A stretch of 64,000 nucleotides of DNA, from positions 177 through 64,176 of the forward strand of contig JBGUQW010000110.1 in the NCBI GenBank assembly GCA_045131435.1, in the 5' to 3' direction. The DNA comes from Prevotella sp. Its GTDB lineage: Bacteria > Bacteroidota > Bacteroidia > Bacteroidales > Bacteroidaceae. The first letter of the stretch is position 1. Each line of letters opens with the position of its first letter. Below the pieces are notes generated by a model, which saw nothing but the letters and a program-made list of their open reading frames with translations, did not search any database and was not told the origin of the DNA. Positions 8,622 through 18,324 of this stretch are shown here, one piece after another. The position numbers and the translations under genes were made by a program.

Positions 8622-9035
8622 CTACTTCTTCTGCTTAATGATATAATTGGTAACGCGGACGGTGCTGATCAGTTCGTCTGCTGAATTCCTGATTTCGACA
8701 TGCCATACATGCAGCGTCTTGCCACTATGCTGCAAACGTGCATAGGCAGAAACGATGTCACCCTCGCTGACAGCCTGAACGTGGCTCCCACTGACCTCGA
8801 TACCCACACAGGCACAACCCGGACAGAGAGCTGACGAACCTACTCCCGCCACATTCTCTGCCAATGCCAGTGAGGCACCGCCACTGAGAAAACCGAATGG
8901 TTGACGATTTCGTTCGTCCACCTTCATACGTGCCATACAAGTATCGTCCTCAGGCGTGGAGATAAATTCCATACCGAGGGCGGTACTCAAATTGGGTTTT
9001 GCATTAATAATCTCTGTTATGCGCTCTACATTCAT
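8622..9035 (-). CDS. PaaI/YbdB-type hotdog thioesterase (probable DHNA-CoA thioesterase)
   Basis: 137 aa with the hotdog-fold motif GFLSGGASLALAE. It is directly upstream of menF on the same strand. Confidence 0.7.
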   Translation of the reverse strand: MNVERITEIINAKPNLSTALGMEFISTPEDDTCMARMKVDERNRQPFGFLSGGASLALAENVAGVGSSALCPGCACVGIEVSGSHVQAVSEGDIVSAYARLQHSGKTLHVWHVEIRNSADELISTVRVTNYIIKQKK

Positions 9036-9048
9036 GCTTCACCTGTCA

Positions 9049-10029
9049 CTACTTAAACAGTGAATACTCAGGAATGGTCCATGCCAAGGCAGCAGCACCC
9101 AGCACCTCACGCTCACGATTGTTCATCTGGGACAGCACAATCTTGATGCTGTCACGCATATTACCAAAAACGTGGTCGTTGAAAGACTGGCGCGTAGGCT
9201 CTAACAGCCACTTGCCTGCCTTGGAGATACCACCCGCCAAAATGATCATCTGGGGGTCGATGATACTGGCGTAATTAGCCAGACCAAGACCCAGCATATA
9301 TCCAGTACGACGATATACCTCAATGGCCAGTTCATCGCCTCTCTCACAGCACTCGGTAATATCTCGCGGCGTCAAATTCTCAATGTCACGCATCAGAGAA
9401 GGCGCATTGCTTTCAGCCATCAACTCCTGGGCTGTTTGAATAATACCATGAGCAGCACAATAGGCCTCCATACAACCTTCCTTGCCACAGCCACACTTAC
9501 GACCATGATCAACAATACAGGCATGTCCTACCTCTCCTGCAAACCCTCGGAAGCCACGATGTCCGCGACCACGGGAAAAGAAACAACTGCCAAAGCCGAT
9601 TCCCAGTGACACCACAATGAAGTCCTTCATACCATGGGCTGTACCATAACTGAATTCACCCAAGGCAGCTACGTGTGCATCGTTAGCCACTGCCACTGCC
9701 ATACCCAAACGGTCGCGCATCATGGCAGCCAAGGGGATGGTCCCCTTCCATGGAAGATTGGGAGCATTGACAATGCATCCGTTCAGAAAATTAGCACTTG
9801 GACAACTGATACCCACCGAACGCACAGACATAAAGCCGCCATTGGCCTCCATCAATTCTATCATACTATCCACCAGTTTTGATACAAACTGATTGACGTT
9901 GGGGAAAACAGATGTCTCAAAGCTGTTTTCAGCAATAATGTTTCCACGGATATCAACAATGGCATAAGCCGTCTGCTCGTTGCCAATATCAATACCCATG
10001 ACCCGTGATTTAACAATCTCTTCTTCCAT
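9049..10029 (-). CDS. ROK-family sugar kinase (paralog 1)
   Basis: GIDIGNEQT phosphate-1 motif, NDAHVAALGE catalytic-Asp motif, and the zinc motif GHACIVDHGRKCGCGKEGCME. Confidence 0.85.
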   Translation of the reverse strand: MEEEIVKSRVMGIDIGNEQTAYAIVDIRGNIIAENSFETSVFPNVNQFVSKLVDSMIELMEANGGFMSVRSVGISCPSANFLNGCIVNAPNLPWKGTIPLAAMMRDRLGMAVAVANDAHVAALGEFSYGTAHGMKDFIVVSLGIGFGSCFFSRGRGHRGFRGFAGEVGHACIVDHGRKCGCGKEGCMEAYCAAHGIIQTAQELMAESNAPSLMRDIENLTPRDITECCERGDELAIEVYRRTGYMLGLGLANYASIIDPQMIILAGGISKAGKWLLEPTRQSFNDHVFGNMRDSIKIVLSQMNNREREVLGAAALAWTIPEYSLFK

Positions 10030-10066
10030 AATAATAGTTGTTATAGTCAGTTATAATTATCCTTGT

Positions 10067-11047
10067 CTATTTAAATAATGAATATTCTTCAACCTCCCAG
10101 GCCAAGGCACTGGCACCTACCACATCGCGTTCACTGTCGTTGATGATAGACACCATCAATGGAGACTTGCCACGGATATTGTGGAACACATGCTCGTCGA
10201 ACGACTGTTGGGTCGATTCCTCCAGCCACTTCCAGGCCTTCGTCAGTTCGCCTGTCAGGATCACAGCCTCAGGATTAATGACGGAGGCATAGATGGACAG
10301 GCCAATGCCCAGCATCTCGCCAGTACGGCGATAGACCTCCTTCGCCAAGACGTCGCCCTGGTCACAACAAAGACCTATGGCTTCTGGCGTCAGATCCTGC
10401 AAAGCACGCATCAGGCTGGGTTCCGAACGCTCTGCCATCACCTCACGAGCCGTCTGTGCAATGCCACGTTTGGAAGCATACTCCTCCAAACAACCTTTCC
10501 GGCCACAGCCACACTGTCGGCCACCATCCTTAATACAGATATGTCCCACCTCACCGGCAGAACCAGATGTACCCAGATGCGGATTGCCATGTGAGTAGAA
10601 ACAGCTGCCCACACCGCCATGTCCCAATGAAATGACAATGAAGTTCTTCATACCATGAGCAGAGCCATAGACGCGTTCTCCAATAGCTGTCACATGGGCA
10701 TCATTGGCAAGGGCCACTGCCAGACCTAAGCGGTCACGCATCATAGCAGCCATCGGAATGACACCCTTCCACGGCATATTGCCTGCATTCTCAATACACC
10801 CTGTCAGGAAGTTACCACTCGGGGCACTGATACCCACCGAACGCACTGTCTCATAACCACCATTGGCCTCAACTAACATGATGATCTTTTCGCTGAGCAT
10901 ATTCACGAAATCATTCACGTTAGGGTAGTCAGGCGTATGAATGCGGTCTTCAGCAATGATAAAACCACGAATATCCACAACAGCATAAGTGGTAAACTCT
11001 ACGCCGATGTCGACACCGACTACTCTGGTTTTTATCGTCTGACTCAT
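10067..11047 (-). CDS. ROK-family sugar kinase (paralog 2)
   Basis: GVDIGVEFT, NDAHVTAIGE and GHICIKDGGRQCGCGRKGCLE. It has the same 326-aa length as its two neighbours. Confidence 0.85.
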   Translation of the reverse strand: MSQTIKTRVVGVDIGVEFTTYAVVDIRGFIIAEDRIHTPDYPNVNDFVNMLSEKIIMLVEANGGYETVRSVGISAPSGNFLTGCIENAGNMPWKGVIPMAAMMRDRLGLAVALANDAHVTAIGERVYGSAHGMKNFIVISLGHGGVGSCFYSHGNPHLGTSGSAGEVGHICIKDGGRQCGCGRKGCLEEYASKRGIAQTAREVMAERSEPSLMRALQDLTPEAIGLCCDQGDVLAKEVYRRTGEMLGIGLSIYASVINPEAVILTGELTKAWKWLEESTQQSFDEHVFHNIRGKSPLMVSIINDSERDVVGASALAWEVEEYSLFK

Positions 11048-11067
11048 ATTGGTTCTCTTTCGTCTGA

Positions 11068-12048
11068 TTACTTAAACAACGAATATTCTTTCACATTCCA
11101 AGCCAGCACACTGGCTCCCAAGAGGTTGGCCTCACTTTCATCAAAATGCGAGAGGAGGAACTTCACCTTGCCTTCAACATTATGAAATACATGCGAGTTA
11201 AACGCATCTATTGCAGGATTCAACAAACAATCACCATAACGTGCAACCTTACCTGTGAAAATAATAGCCTCAGGATTGACCATCGAAGCATAGTTGGCCA
11301 GTCCGACACCCAGCATGTAGCCTGTACGCCGCATGACCTCGAGGGCTAAGACATCACCTTCATTGCACAAAGCAGAAACGATATCGGCAGACAACGCTTC
11401 CACGTCTCTCATCTTGGAGGGCTCACTACTTTCAGCCATCAGTTCCTTGGCAGTCTGGACAATACCCCTTCGCGAGGTATACATCTCCAGACATCCTCTA
11501 TTGCCACACCCACAGAGACGTCCGCCTTGTTTGGCACAAGTATGGCCTATCTCGCCTGCAAACCCGCTACGTCCTAAATGTGGCTGTCCATTGGAGAAGA
11601 TGCAACTGCCCATTCCACTGCCTAATGTTATCAGAATGAAGTCCTTCATACCATGAGCCAAGCCATAAGCTTGTTCACCTAACGCACGGACATGGGCATT
11701 GTTGCCCAATGCCACAGCTAATCCCATACGGTCTCTCATCATGGCAGCCAAAGGCACTACCCCTTTCCATGGCAGATTAGGGGCATTCTCAATACAACCT
11801 GTCAGGAAATTTGCACTGGGACAACAGATGCCTACCGAGCGAATACTCTCATATCCGCCATTAGCCTCCACCAGATTCACAATATTTTCACTGAGTCTGG
11901 ATGCAAAGTCACCCACATTGGGATTGTCGCCAGTGGGGAAGTCATCTTTGGCTATCACGTTGCCTCGTACATCCACAACAGCAGTTGTCGTACTTTCCAA
12001 ACTGATATTGACACCTACAACTCGCGTCTTAGTCATCTCGTATATCAT
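11068..12048 (-). CDS. ROK-family protein (paralog 3), with both conserved Asp residues replaced by Asn
   Basis: It has GVNISLEST in place of DxGxT and NNAHVRALGE in place of NDAxxAAxGE. The zinc motif CGCGNRGCLE is intact. It is the first gene of the three-gene run. Confidence 0.8.
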   Translation of the reverse strand: MIYEMTKTRVVGVNISLESTTTAVVDVRGNVIAKDDFPTGDNPNVGDFASRLSENIVNLVEANGGYESIRSVGICCPSANFLTGCIENAPNLPWKGVVPLAAMMRDRMGLAVALGNNAHVRALGEQAYGLAHGMKDFILITLGSGMGSCIFSNGQPHLGRSGFAGEIGHTCAKQGGRLCGCGNRGCLEMYTSRRGIVQTAKELMAESSEPSKMRDVEALSADIVSALCNEGDVLALEVMRRTGYMLGVGLANYASMVNPEAIIFTGKVARYGDCLLNPAIDAFNSHVFHNVEGKVKFLLSHFDESEANLLGASVLAWNVKEYSLFK

Positions 12049-12187
12049 GGCATGCCTGATTGTTTTACGTGTCGCAAATTTAGTAAGAATTCTTTAATCC
12101 GCCAAATGTTTGTCAAGTTTTTAGCAATTATTTAACGTCAATCCCAAAATAATTATGATTATAAACAGTGAATTAAGAAAAATTTCG

Positions 12188-12195
12188 TACCTTTG
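12188..12195 (+). promoter_or_regulatory. -7 box TACCTTTG (lysS)
   Basis: It matches the Bacteroidetes TAnnTTTG consensus, 31 nt upstream of the ATG. Confidence 0.6.
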
Positions 12196-12225
12196 CACCG
12201 TATTGTGAAAACAGAACTCAATATT

Positions 12226-13956
12226 ATGAACGTATTAGAACTTAGTGAACAAGAGATTGGCAGACGCGAAAGTCTGCAACAATTACGGCAAATGGGTATC
12301 GACCCGTATCCAGCCGCAGAATATCCCACCAATGCATTTTCAACAGAAATCATAGATAGCTTCAAGGACGATGATGAGCCCCGTGAGGTAAGCATTGCAG
12401 GCCGTATGATGAGCCGTCGTGTGATGGGCAAGGCTTCGTTTGTAGAATTACAGGACTCTAAGGGCCGCATTCAGGTGTATATAACGCGTGATGACCTGTG
12501 CCCTGGTGAGGACAAGGAGTTATATAATACGGTGTTCAAAAAGTTGCTGGATATTGGTGACTTTATTGGCATCAAGGGTTTTGTGTTCCGTACGCAGACA
12601 GGAGAAATTAGCGTACACTGTAAAGAGCTGACACTGTTGTCAAAGGCCTTGAAGCCCCTGCCTATCGTCAAATATAAGGACGGTGTGGCCTACGATAAGT
12701 TTGATGATCCTGAACTGCGTTATCGCCAGCGTTATGTCGACCTGGTGGTGAACGAGGGCGTAAAAGATACTTTCCTAAAGCGTGCCACCATCATCCGTAC
12801 CCTGCGCAGCATCCTTGATGGTGCTGGTTACACGGAGGTTGACACGCCCATCCTGCAGAATATTGCAGGTGGTGCATCGGCCCGTCCATTCATCACCCAC
12901 TTCAACGCGCTCAACCAAGATATGTATATGCGTATCGCTACTGAGCTCTACCTGAAGCGACTCATCGTTGGTGGTTTCGAGGGCGTCTACGAGATGGGCA
13001 AGAACTTCCGCAACGAGGGTATGGACAAGACCCACAATCCGGAGTTTACCTGTATGGAGCTCTACGTCAGCTATAAGGACCTGCTGTGGGGTATGACCTT
13101 CACCGAGAATATGCTCGAGCAGATTTGTACGGCTGTCAACGGCAAGCCCGAGGTGGAGATCGATGGCAACATCATTTCATTCAAGGCGCCTTTCCGTCGT
13201 CTGCCTATCCTCGACGCCATCAAAGAGAAGACCGGTTTCGACTGCGATGGAAAGTCTGAGGACGAGATTCGCCAGTTCTGCCTCTCTAAGGGCATGGAAG
13301 TCGACGAGACCATGGGTAAGGGTAAGCTTATCGACGAGCTCTTTGGTGAGTTCTGCGAGGGTTCATTTATCCAGCCTACCTTCATTACCGACTATCCCGT
13401 TGAGATGTCTCCTCTCACCAAGATGCACCGTTCTAAGCCCGGTCTCACTGAGCGTTTCGAACTGATGGTGAATGGTAAGGAGCTGGCCAACGCCTACTCT
13501 GAGCTCAACGATCCTATCGACCAGGAGGAGCGCTTCATTGAACAGATGAAGTTGGCTGACAAGGGCGACGACGAGGCGATGATCATCGACCAGGACTTCC
13601 TGCGTGCCCTGCAATATGGTATGCCTCCAACGTTTGGTATCGGTATCGGTATTGACCGTCTTGTGATGCTGCTCACAGGCAAGTTCACTATTGGCGAGGT
13701 GATGCTGTTCCCGCAGATGAAGCCAGAGAAGAAGATTCCGCAGTCTACACCTGCTGAATGGGCTGCTGTAGGCGTTGCCGAAGAGTGGGTACCCGTACTG
13801 CGCAAAGCTGGTTTCAACCTCGTGCAGAACATCGCCACAGAGAAGGCTCAGGGATTGCAGCAGAAGATTGGTGACATCGTCAAGAAGTACAAGCTCGACA
13901 TGCAGAAGCCTTCTGTCGACGCAATCGCTGCATGGATAGAGAAAGCTAACAGCTAA
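12226..13956 (+). CDS. lysS: lysine--tRNA ligase
   Basis: Class IIb aaRS blocks FRNEGMDKTHNPEF and GIGIGIDRLVMLL. The start is set at ATG 12226, downstream of the TACCTTTG box at 12188-12195. Confidence 0.95.
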   Translation: MNVLELSEQEIGRRESLQQLRQMGIDPYPAAEYPTNAFSTEIIDSFKDDDEPREVSIAGRMMSRRVMGKASFVELQDSKGRIQVYITRDDLCPGEDKELYNTVFKKLLDIGDFIGIKGFVFRTQTGEISVHCKELTLLSKALKPLPIVKYKDGVAYDKFDDPELRYRQRYVDLVVNEGVKDTFLKRATIIRTLRSILDGAGYTEVDTPILQNIAGGASARPFITHFNALNQDMYMRIATELYLKRLIVGGFEGVYEMGKNFRNEGMDKTHNPEFTCMELYVSYKDLLWGMTFTENMLEQICTAVNGKPEVEIDGNIISFKAPFRRLPILDAIKEKTGFDCDGKSEDEIRQFCLSKGMEVDETMGKGKLIDELFGEFCEGSFIQPTFITDYPVEMSPLTKMHRSKPGLTERFELMVNGKELANAYSELNDPIDQEERFIEQMKLADKGDDEAMIIDQDFLRALQYGMPPTFGIGIGIDRLVMLLTGKFTIGEVMLFPQMKPEKKIPQSTPAEWAAVGVAEEWVPVLRKAGFNLVQNIATEKAQGLQQKIGDIVKKYKLDMQKPSVDAIAAWIEKANS

Positions 13957-13970
13957 TAGCTAACAGCAAG
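13944..13970 (+). repeat. heptamer array AGCTAAC/AGCTAAT/AGCTAAC at the lysS stop
   Basis: TAA at 7-nt spacing falls in all three + frames. The lysS stop is the second unit. Confidence 0.75.
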
Positions 13971-13973
13971 AGT

Positions 13974-14969
13974 ATGTACGACTGCGGTAGAATAGCCATC
14001 ATTGGCGGAGGTTCGTGGGCTACGGCCATTGCCAAGATAGTGGTGGGGAAAACCCATCATATCGGATGGTATATGCGTCGCGATGACCGTATCGAGGACT
14101 TTCGCCGCATGGGGCATAACCCTGCCTATCTGACGAGTGTCCACTTCAATATCGATGAGATTTACTTCGACAGCGACCTGAACCGTATTATCCAGCAGTA
14201 CGACACTTTGGTATTCGTCACGCCCTCTCCTTATCTGAAGAGCCATCTCAAGAAGTTGAAGGTGCGGCTGCGTGACAAATATATCGTCACGGCTATCAAG
14301 GGTATTGTACCCGACGAGAACCTTGTCGTCTCGGAGTTTTTCCATCAAGTCTACGATGTCCCCTACGAGAACCTTGCCTGCATCGGCGGTCCGTCGCATG
14401 CTGAGGAAGTAGCACTGGAACGTCTTTCCTACCTGACCGTAGGCTGCGCCGATGTTGAGAAGGCACAGTCGTTCGCTGACATCCTGAGCAGCCCATACAT
14501 CAAGACGAAGACATCTACCGACGTCATTGGCATCGAGTATTCATCGGTACTGAAGAACGTCTATGCCATTGCAGCAGGTATCTGCAACGGCCTCAAATTC
14601 GGTGATAACTTCCAGGCTGTACTCATGGCGAATGCCGTACAGGAGATGGCCCGTTTCCTGAAGGTAGTACATCCCATTGAACGCAATATCGTGGACTCCT
14701 GTTACTTAGGCGACCTGCTCGTTACGGGCTATTCCAATTTCTCGCGTAACCGTACCTTCGGCACGATGATTGGCAAGGGCTATAGCGTAAAATCGGCACA
14801 GATAGAGATGGAGATGATTGCCGAGGGCTATTTCGGTACCAAGTGCATGAAAGAAATCAACCGCCACTGCCACGTCAACATGCCCATCCTCGATGCCGTC
14901 TACAATATCCTGTACGAGCGTATCAGTCCGCAGATTGAGATAAAGCTGCTGACCGATAGTTTCCGCTAA
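13974..14969 (+). CDS. gpsA: NAD(P)H-dependent glycerol-3-phosphate dehydrogenase
   Basis: Rossmann N-terminus IAIIGGGSWATAIA, 331 aa, with GpsA-type blocks throughout. Confidence 0.93.
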   Translation: MYDCGRIAIIGGGSWATAIAKIVVGKTHHIGWYMRRDDRIEDFRRMGHNPAYLTSVHFNIDEIYFDSDLNRIIQQYDTLVFVTPSPYLKSHLKKLKVRLRDKYIVTAIKGIVPDENLVVSEFFHQVYDVPYENLACIGGPSHAEEVALERLSYLTVGCADVEKAQSFADILSSPYIKTKTSTDVIGIEYSSVLKNVYAIAAGICNGLKFGDNFQAVLMANAVQEMARFLKVVHPIERNIVDSCYLGDLLVTGYSNFSRNRTFGTMIGKGYSVKSAQIEMEMIAEGYFGTKCMKEINRHCHVNMPILDAVYNILYERISPQIEIKLLTDSFR

Positions 14970-14993
14970 AGCAAGAACACAGAGATACCATGA

Positions 14994-15040
14994 AGAGGGC
15001 GCATCCCAATCATATCGGAATGCGCCCTCTTTGTTTTTTT
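14994..15040 (+). terminator. intrinsic terminator after gpsA (the hairpin is shared with convergent metY)
   Basis: AGAGGGCGCAT-N15-ATGCGCCCTCT followed by TTGTTTTTTT. Confidence 0.8.
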
Positions 15041-16367
15041 ACTTGATCTGGTCTAAGGCCTGACGGATGTCGGCCAGAATGTCGTCGATATCCTCGATAC
15101 CCACAGACAGGCGGATCAGGTCGGGGGCTACACCGGCTTCACGCAGCTGCTCGTCGCTCAACTGACGATGGGTATGGCTGGCGGGGTGCAGCACGCAGGT
15201 CCTGGCATCAGCTACGTGGGTAACAATGGCTATCAGCTTCAGCGAGTCCATGAACTTGACAGCCGTCTCACGGGTGCCCTTCAGTCCGAATGCCAGTACA
15301 CCACACGAGCCGTTAGGCAGATACTTCTGCGCCAATTCATGACTCTCGTCCGTGGGCAGTCCACTATAGTGAACCCATGCCACGCGGTCGTCCTGACTCA
15401 GGAACTCAGCCACCTTCTGAGCGTTAGCACAGTGCTGCTTCATACGCAGGTGCAGCGTCTCCAGTCCAAGGTTCAGCAGGAAGGCGTTATGGGGTGAGGG
15501 AATGCTGCCGAGGTCGCGCATCAGCTGGGCCACAAGCTTCGTCATATAGGCCATCTTGCCAAACTTCTTCGTATAGGTCAGTCCGTGATACGACTCATCA
15601 GGGGTGCAGAGTCCAGGGAACTTGTCTTTACCCGATGGAGAACCGTCGGGCACAGGGGCTCCTGCATGGGTGCAGGTTTCCCAGTCGAAGTTACCACTGT
15701 CAACGACACAGCCGCCTACCTGAGTGGCGTGTCCGTCCATATACTTCGTCGTGGAGTGGGTCACAATGTCAGCACCCCATTCGAAGGGACGGCAGTTGAC
15801 GGGTGTGGGGAAGGTATTGTCAACAATCAGGGGTACACCGTGCTTGTGGGCAATACGTGCAAACTTCTCAATATCCAGAATCTTACAGCCGGGATTGCTG
15901 ATGGTCTCGCCGAACAGCGCCTTCGTATTGGGACGGAAAGCCTTTTCAATCTCTTCCTCCGAGGCCTCCTGCGACACATAAGTACACTCGATGCCCAGCT
16001 TCTTCAGCGTCACACCAAACAGGTTGTACGTGCCGCCATAGATCTCGTTGGAGGTGACGAAGTGGTCGCCAGCCTCGCAGATATTGAAGATAGCGTAGAA
16101 GTTGGCAGCCTGTCCGCTGGAGGTCAGCATAGCCCCTACTCCACCCTCTAAGGCTGCAATCTTGCTGGCCACGGCATCGTTGGTGGGGTTTGCCAGACGG
16201 GTGTAGAAGTAGCCCTCCTTCTTCAAGTCGAAGAGGTCAGCCATCTCTTCCGTGTTGTCATACTTGAACGTCGTGCTCTGATAGATAGGGAGCACACGCG
16301 ACTCTCCATTCTTCGGCTTCCAGCCTGCCTGTACACAAAGGGTAGCAGGCTTCAGTTTCTTTTCCAT
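15039..16367 (-). CDS. metY: O-acetylhomoserine aminocarboxypropyltransferase / sulfhydrylase (PLP-dependent)
   Basis: Cys/Met-metabolism PLP family with the lysine motif HSTTKYMDGH. The length (442 aa) is typical. Confidence 0.88.
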   Translation of the reverse strand: MEKKLKPATLCVQAGWKPKNGESRVLPIYQSTTFKYDNTEEMADLFDLKKEGYFYTRLANPTNDAVASKIAALEGGVGAMLTSSGQAANFYAIFNICEAGDHFVTSNEIYGGTYNLFGVTLKKLGIECTYVSQEASEEEIEKAFRPNTKALFGETISNPGCKILDIEKFARIAHKHGVPLIVDNTFPTPVNCRPFEWGADIVTHSTTKYMDGHATQVGGCVVDSGNFDWETCTHAGAPVPDGSPSGKDKFPGLCTPDESYHGLTYTKKFGKMAYMTKLVAQLMRDLGSIPSPHNAFLLNLGLETLHLRMKQHCANAQKVAEFLSQDDRVAWVHYSGLPTDESHELAQKYLPNGSCGVLAFGLKGTRETAVKFMDSLKLIAIVTHVADARTCVLHPASHTHRQLSDEQLREAGVAPDLIRLSVGIEDIDDILADIRQALDQIK

Positions 16368-16379
16368 AATGTATTGTTC

Positions 16380-17135
16380 TTATTTAATATAATAATAGAT
16401 TCCAATAGTCCCATAGATGGGATAGAGCGTCTGCTCAACGGTCTTGTAGTCACCGGGGAAGATACCGGTGAGTCCCCAGCTGACATCAGCCGAAAGACCC
16501 AGACGCGACGTCAGCGACACATCGGCTCCCACAGCAATACCGAACTGCATCGTCCGCATATCATCGCTGAGGTCATAGGTAGCCCATTCGCCTTCCTTGT
16601 CTCCCATGACGACTTTTGGTCCGGTAGGATCACCCTGACGCAGATAGCCGTCGTAGGCAATGCCGCTGAACTCCCTGGACACCAACAGCGACAGATAGGG
16701 TCCGCCCTTCAGCTCCACCCTCTTGCCTGCTTTGAACACGGCCTGCACAGGCACCGTCAGCATCCATTCCGTCACCTTCTGTTGCACCTTACCCGTAAAA
16801 AGGCCACTCAACCGGCTGTCTCCCTTGACCACCTCCATGTGGTAGCCCTTAGTGGTGACACTGCCATCCATAGCCTTGTTCTCGAAGTGCAGACCCGTCA
16901 GCACACCCCAGCGGCTGTTGAGCATCAGCGAGGCATCGACACCCACCATGAACGACGGTGTCAGCTTATAGGCGTCTACACTCCTGATGGTTGCCGGCAG
17001 TCCCAGTGGCGTCGTACCACCAATGCTATAGCCCAGTCGTGCTTTCAGTTGCAGACTGTCAAGTGTATGCCCTGCTCTGGCAGTCGCCGTCAGGCCTACG
17101 AGTGTTATCATCAGAATTACTATTCTCTTCATCAT
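16380..17135 (-). CDS. outer-membrane beta-barrel (porin-family) protein
   Basis: Signal peptide MMKRIVILMITLVGLTATARA and alternating hydrophobic beta-strand periodicity. I trimmed the start from the track ORF to remove the overlap with the upstream gene. Confidence 0.55.
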   Translation of the reverse strand: MMKRIVILMITLVGLTATARAGHTLDSLQLKARLGYSIGGTTPLGLPATIRSVDAYKLTPSFMVGVDASLMLNSRWGVLTGLHFENKAMDGSVTTKGYHMEVVKGDSRLSGLFTGKVQQKVTEWMLTVPVQAVFKAGKRVELKGGPYLSLLVSREFSGIAYDGYLRQGDPTGPKVVMGDKEGEWATYDLSDDMRTMQFGIAVGADVSLTSRLGLSADVSWGLTGIFPGDYKTVEQTLYPIYGTIGIYYYIK

Positions 17136-17154
17136 CAGCACTTGCCAATCACTG

Positions 17155-18312
17155 TTACTCTTCATACGTTATTTCCACCTCGTCAACATACAGCACGCTG
17201 CCGATAGCACCCTCAAAGAGATCACCACCCTTACTCGACGAGAACACCACTGTCAGGTTATAGCCCTTGTCGGCCAAGATGTCGGCATCGATAGTGCCCC
17301 CCTGAAAGAAAGCCTCAAAGCGGGTATACTCACTGGTAGGCGGCAGACTGGTCACAATGGCCTTCGAAACGATGTACGGATTCGTCTGGACATCGTTGCC
17401 ATAGAGGAACACGTCACGTCCGTGCTCGTCCTTGTTACGATAGAACACGGCATAGATTGTAGCCTCGTCAGTCCGCCCTTCCACAATCTTCATATTCTTG
17501 TCGGTAAACTCCTTTCCCGGCTGATACTTATAGTAACCGGTTATTCGTACGGGAACTTTATCGGCTACGATACCGAACTGCGTAGCCTTCAAGGGTTTGA
17601 CGAGTACGCTGTCCACATTGAACTTACCCAGATACAGGTTGCCGGCAGCAATGGGCTTTTTGATAAAAGAGCCCAAGGAACCCGTAGAGATGGTCTTCAG
17701 ACAGACACCCCGACCTTCATAGCCATTGGTCGTAGAACTTGTCGGGAAGGCCGACGGCCGGGAGTTCTTGGCGATGGTCATGCCGGCTCCTGCATTACCC
17801 GATGCCCATACGTTCTGACGGCTGCCGTCGGCGCCAATCTCATAAAACACATGGTATTGGGAGCCGCTTGTCATCGTCACCGAGTCGATATGCTCAAAAC
17901 TGAACTTGCTGCTGGGCAGTGAGGGTTCCTTGAACACCACGGTATAATGCCGTTGCCACTGTCCGTCCTCTGAGGTCACGGTATAGGTGACGGGGCCGGC
18001 CGTAAAGTCCTGCATCGAACCATTGGCCGGTTCGATGGTGGCGCCTTCGGTGAGTGTAAACGATACTGGTATCTGCCGGGACAGTGATGTCATAGACCGC
18101 ACATTGAAGACGATCTCGTCCTCGTTCGACATGATAGCATCATGCCGCATCTGACTGACATCGTAGAAGTATGCTTCATACTGTTCACCCTCCACCCAGG
18201 CAGCCGTGATGTCACACTCGTTGTTGCGAGGTTCATCCTTGATGCAGGACACGAGGGTCAGCAATACCACTGACGCCAATGTCAGAAGACATACATGCAG
18301 TCGATTCGTCAT
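17155..18312 (-). CDS. lipoprotein with a PCMD-like (putative carbohydrate metabolism) C-terminal domain
   Basis: Lipobox LTLVSC. The C-terminal pattern VVFSSSKGGDLFEGAIGSVLYVDEVEI recalls PCMD-domain proteins. It is co-oriented with GH31. Confidence 0.55.
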   Translation of the reverse strand: MTNRLHVCLLTLASVVLLTLVSCIKDEPRNNECDITAAWVEGEQYEAYFYDVSQMRHDAIMSNEDEIVFNVRSMTSLSRQIPVSFTLTEGATIEPANGSMQDFTAGPVTYTVTSEDGQWQRHYTVVFKEPSLPSSKFSFEHIDSVTMTSGSQYHVFYEIGADGSRQNVWASGNAGAGMTIAKNSRPSAFPTSSTTNGYEGRGVCLKTISTGSLGSFIKKPIAAGNLYLGKFNVDSVLVKPLKATQFGIVADKVPVRITGYYKYQPGKEFTDKNMKIVEGRTDEATIYAVFYRNKDEHGRDVFLYGNDVQTNPYIVSKAIVTSLPPTSEYTRFEAFFQGGTIDADILADKGYNLTVVFSSSKGGDLFEGAIGSVLYVDEVEITYEE

Positions 18313-18324
18313 ATTCCTTGGTTG

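Noticed and set aside
16368-16379. A missing SAM/Met riboswitch upstream of metY, which sits only 12 nt after the OMP gene.
   Set aside because: Absence of a leader is not evidence of anything by itself. An internal promoter inside the OMP gene, or co-transcription, is equally plausible and cannot be judged from sequence alone.
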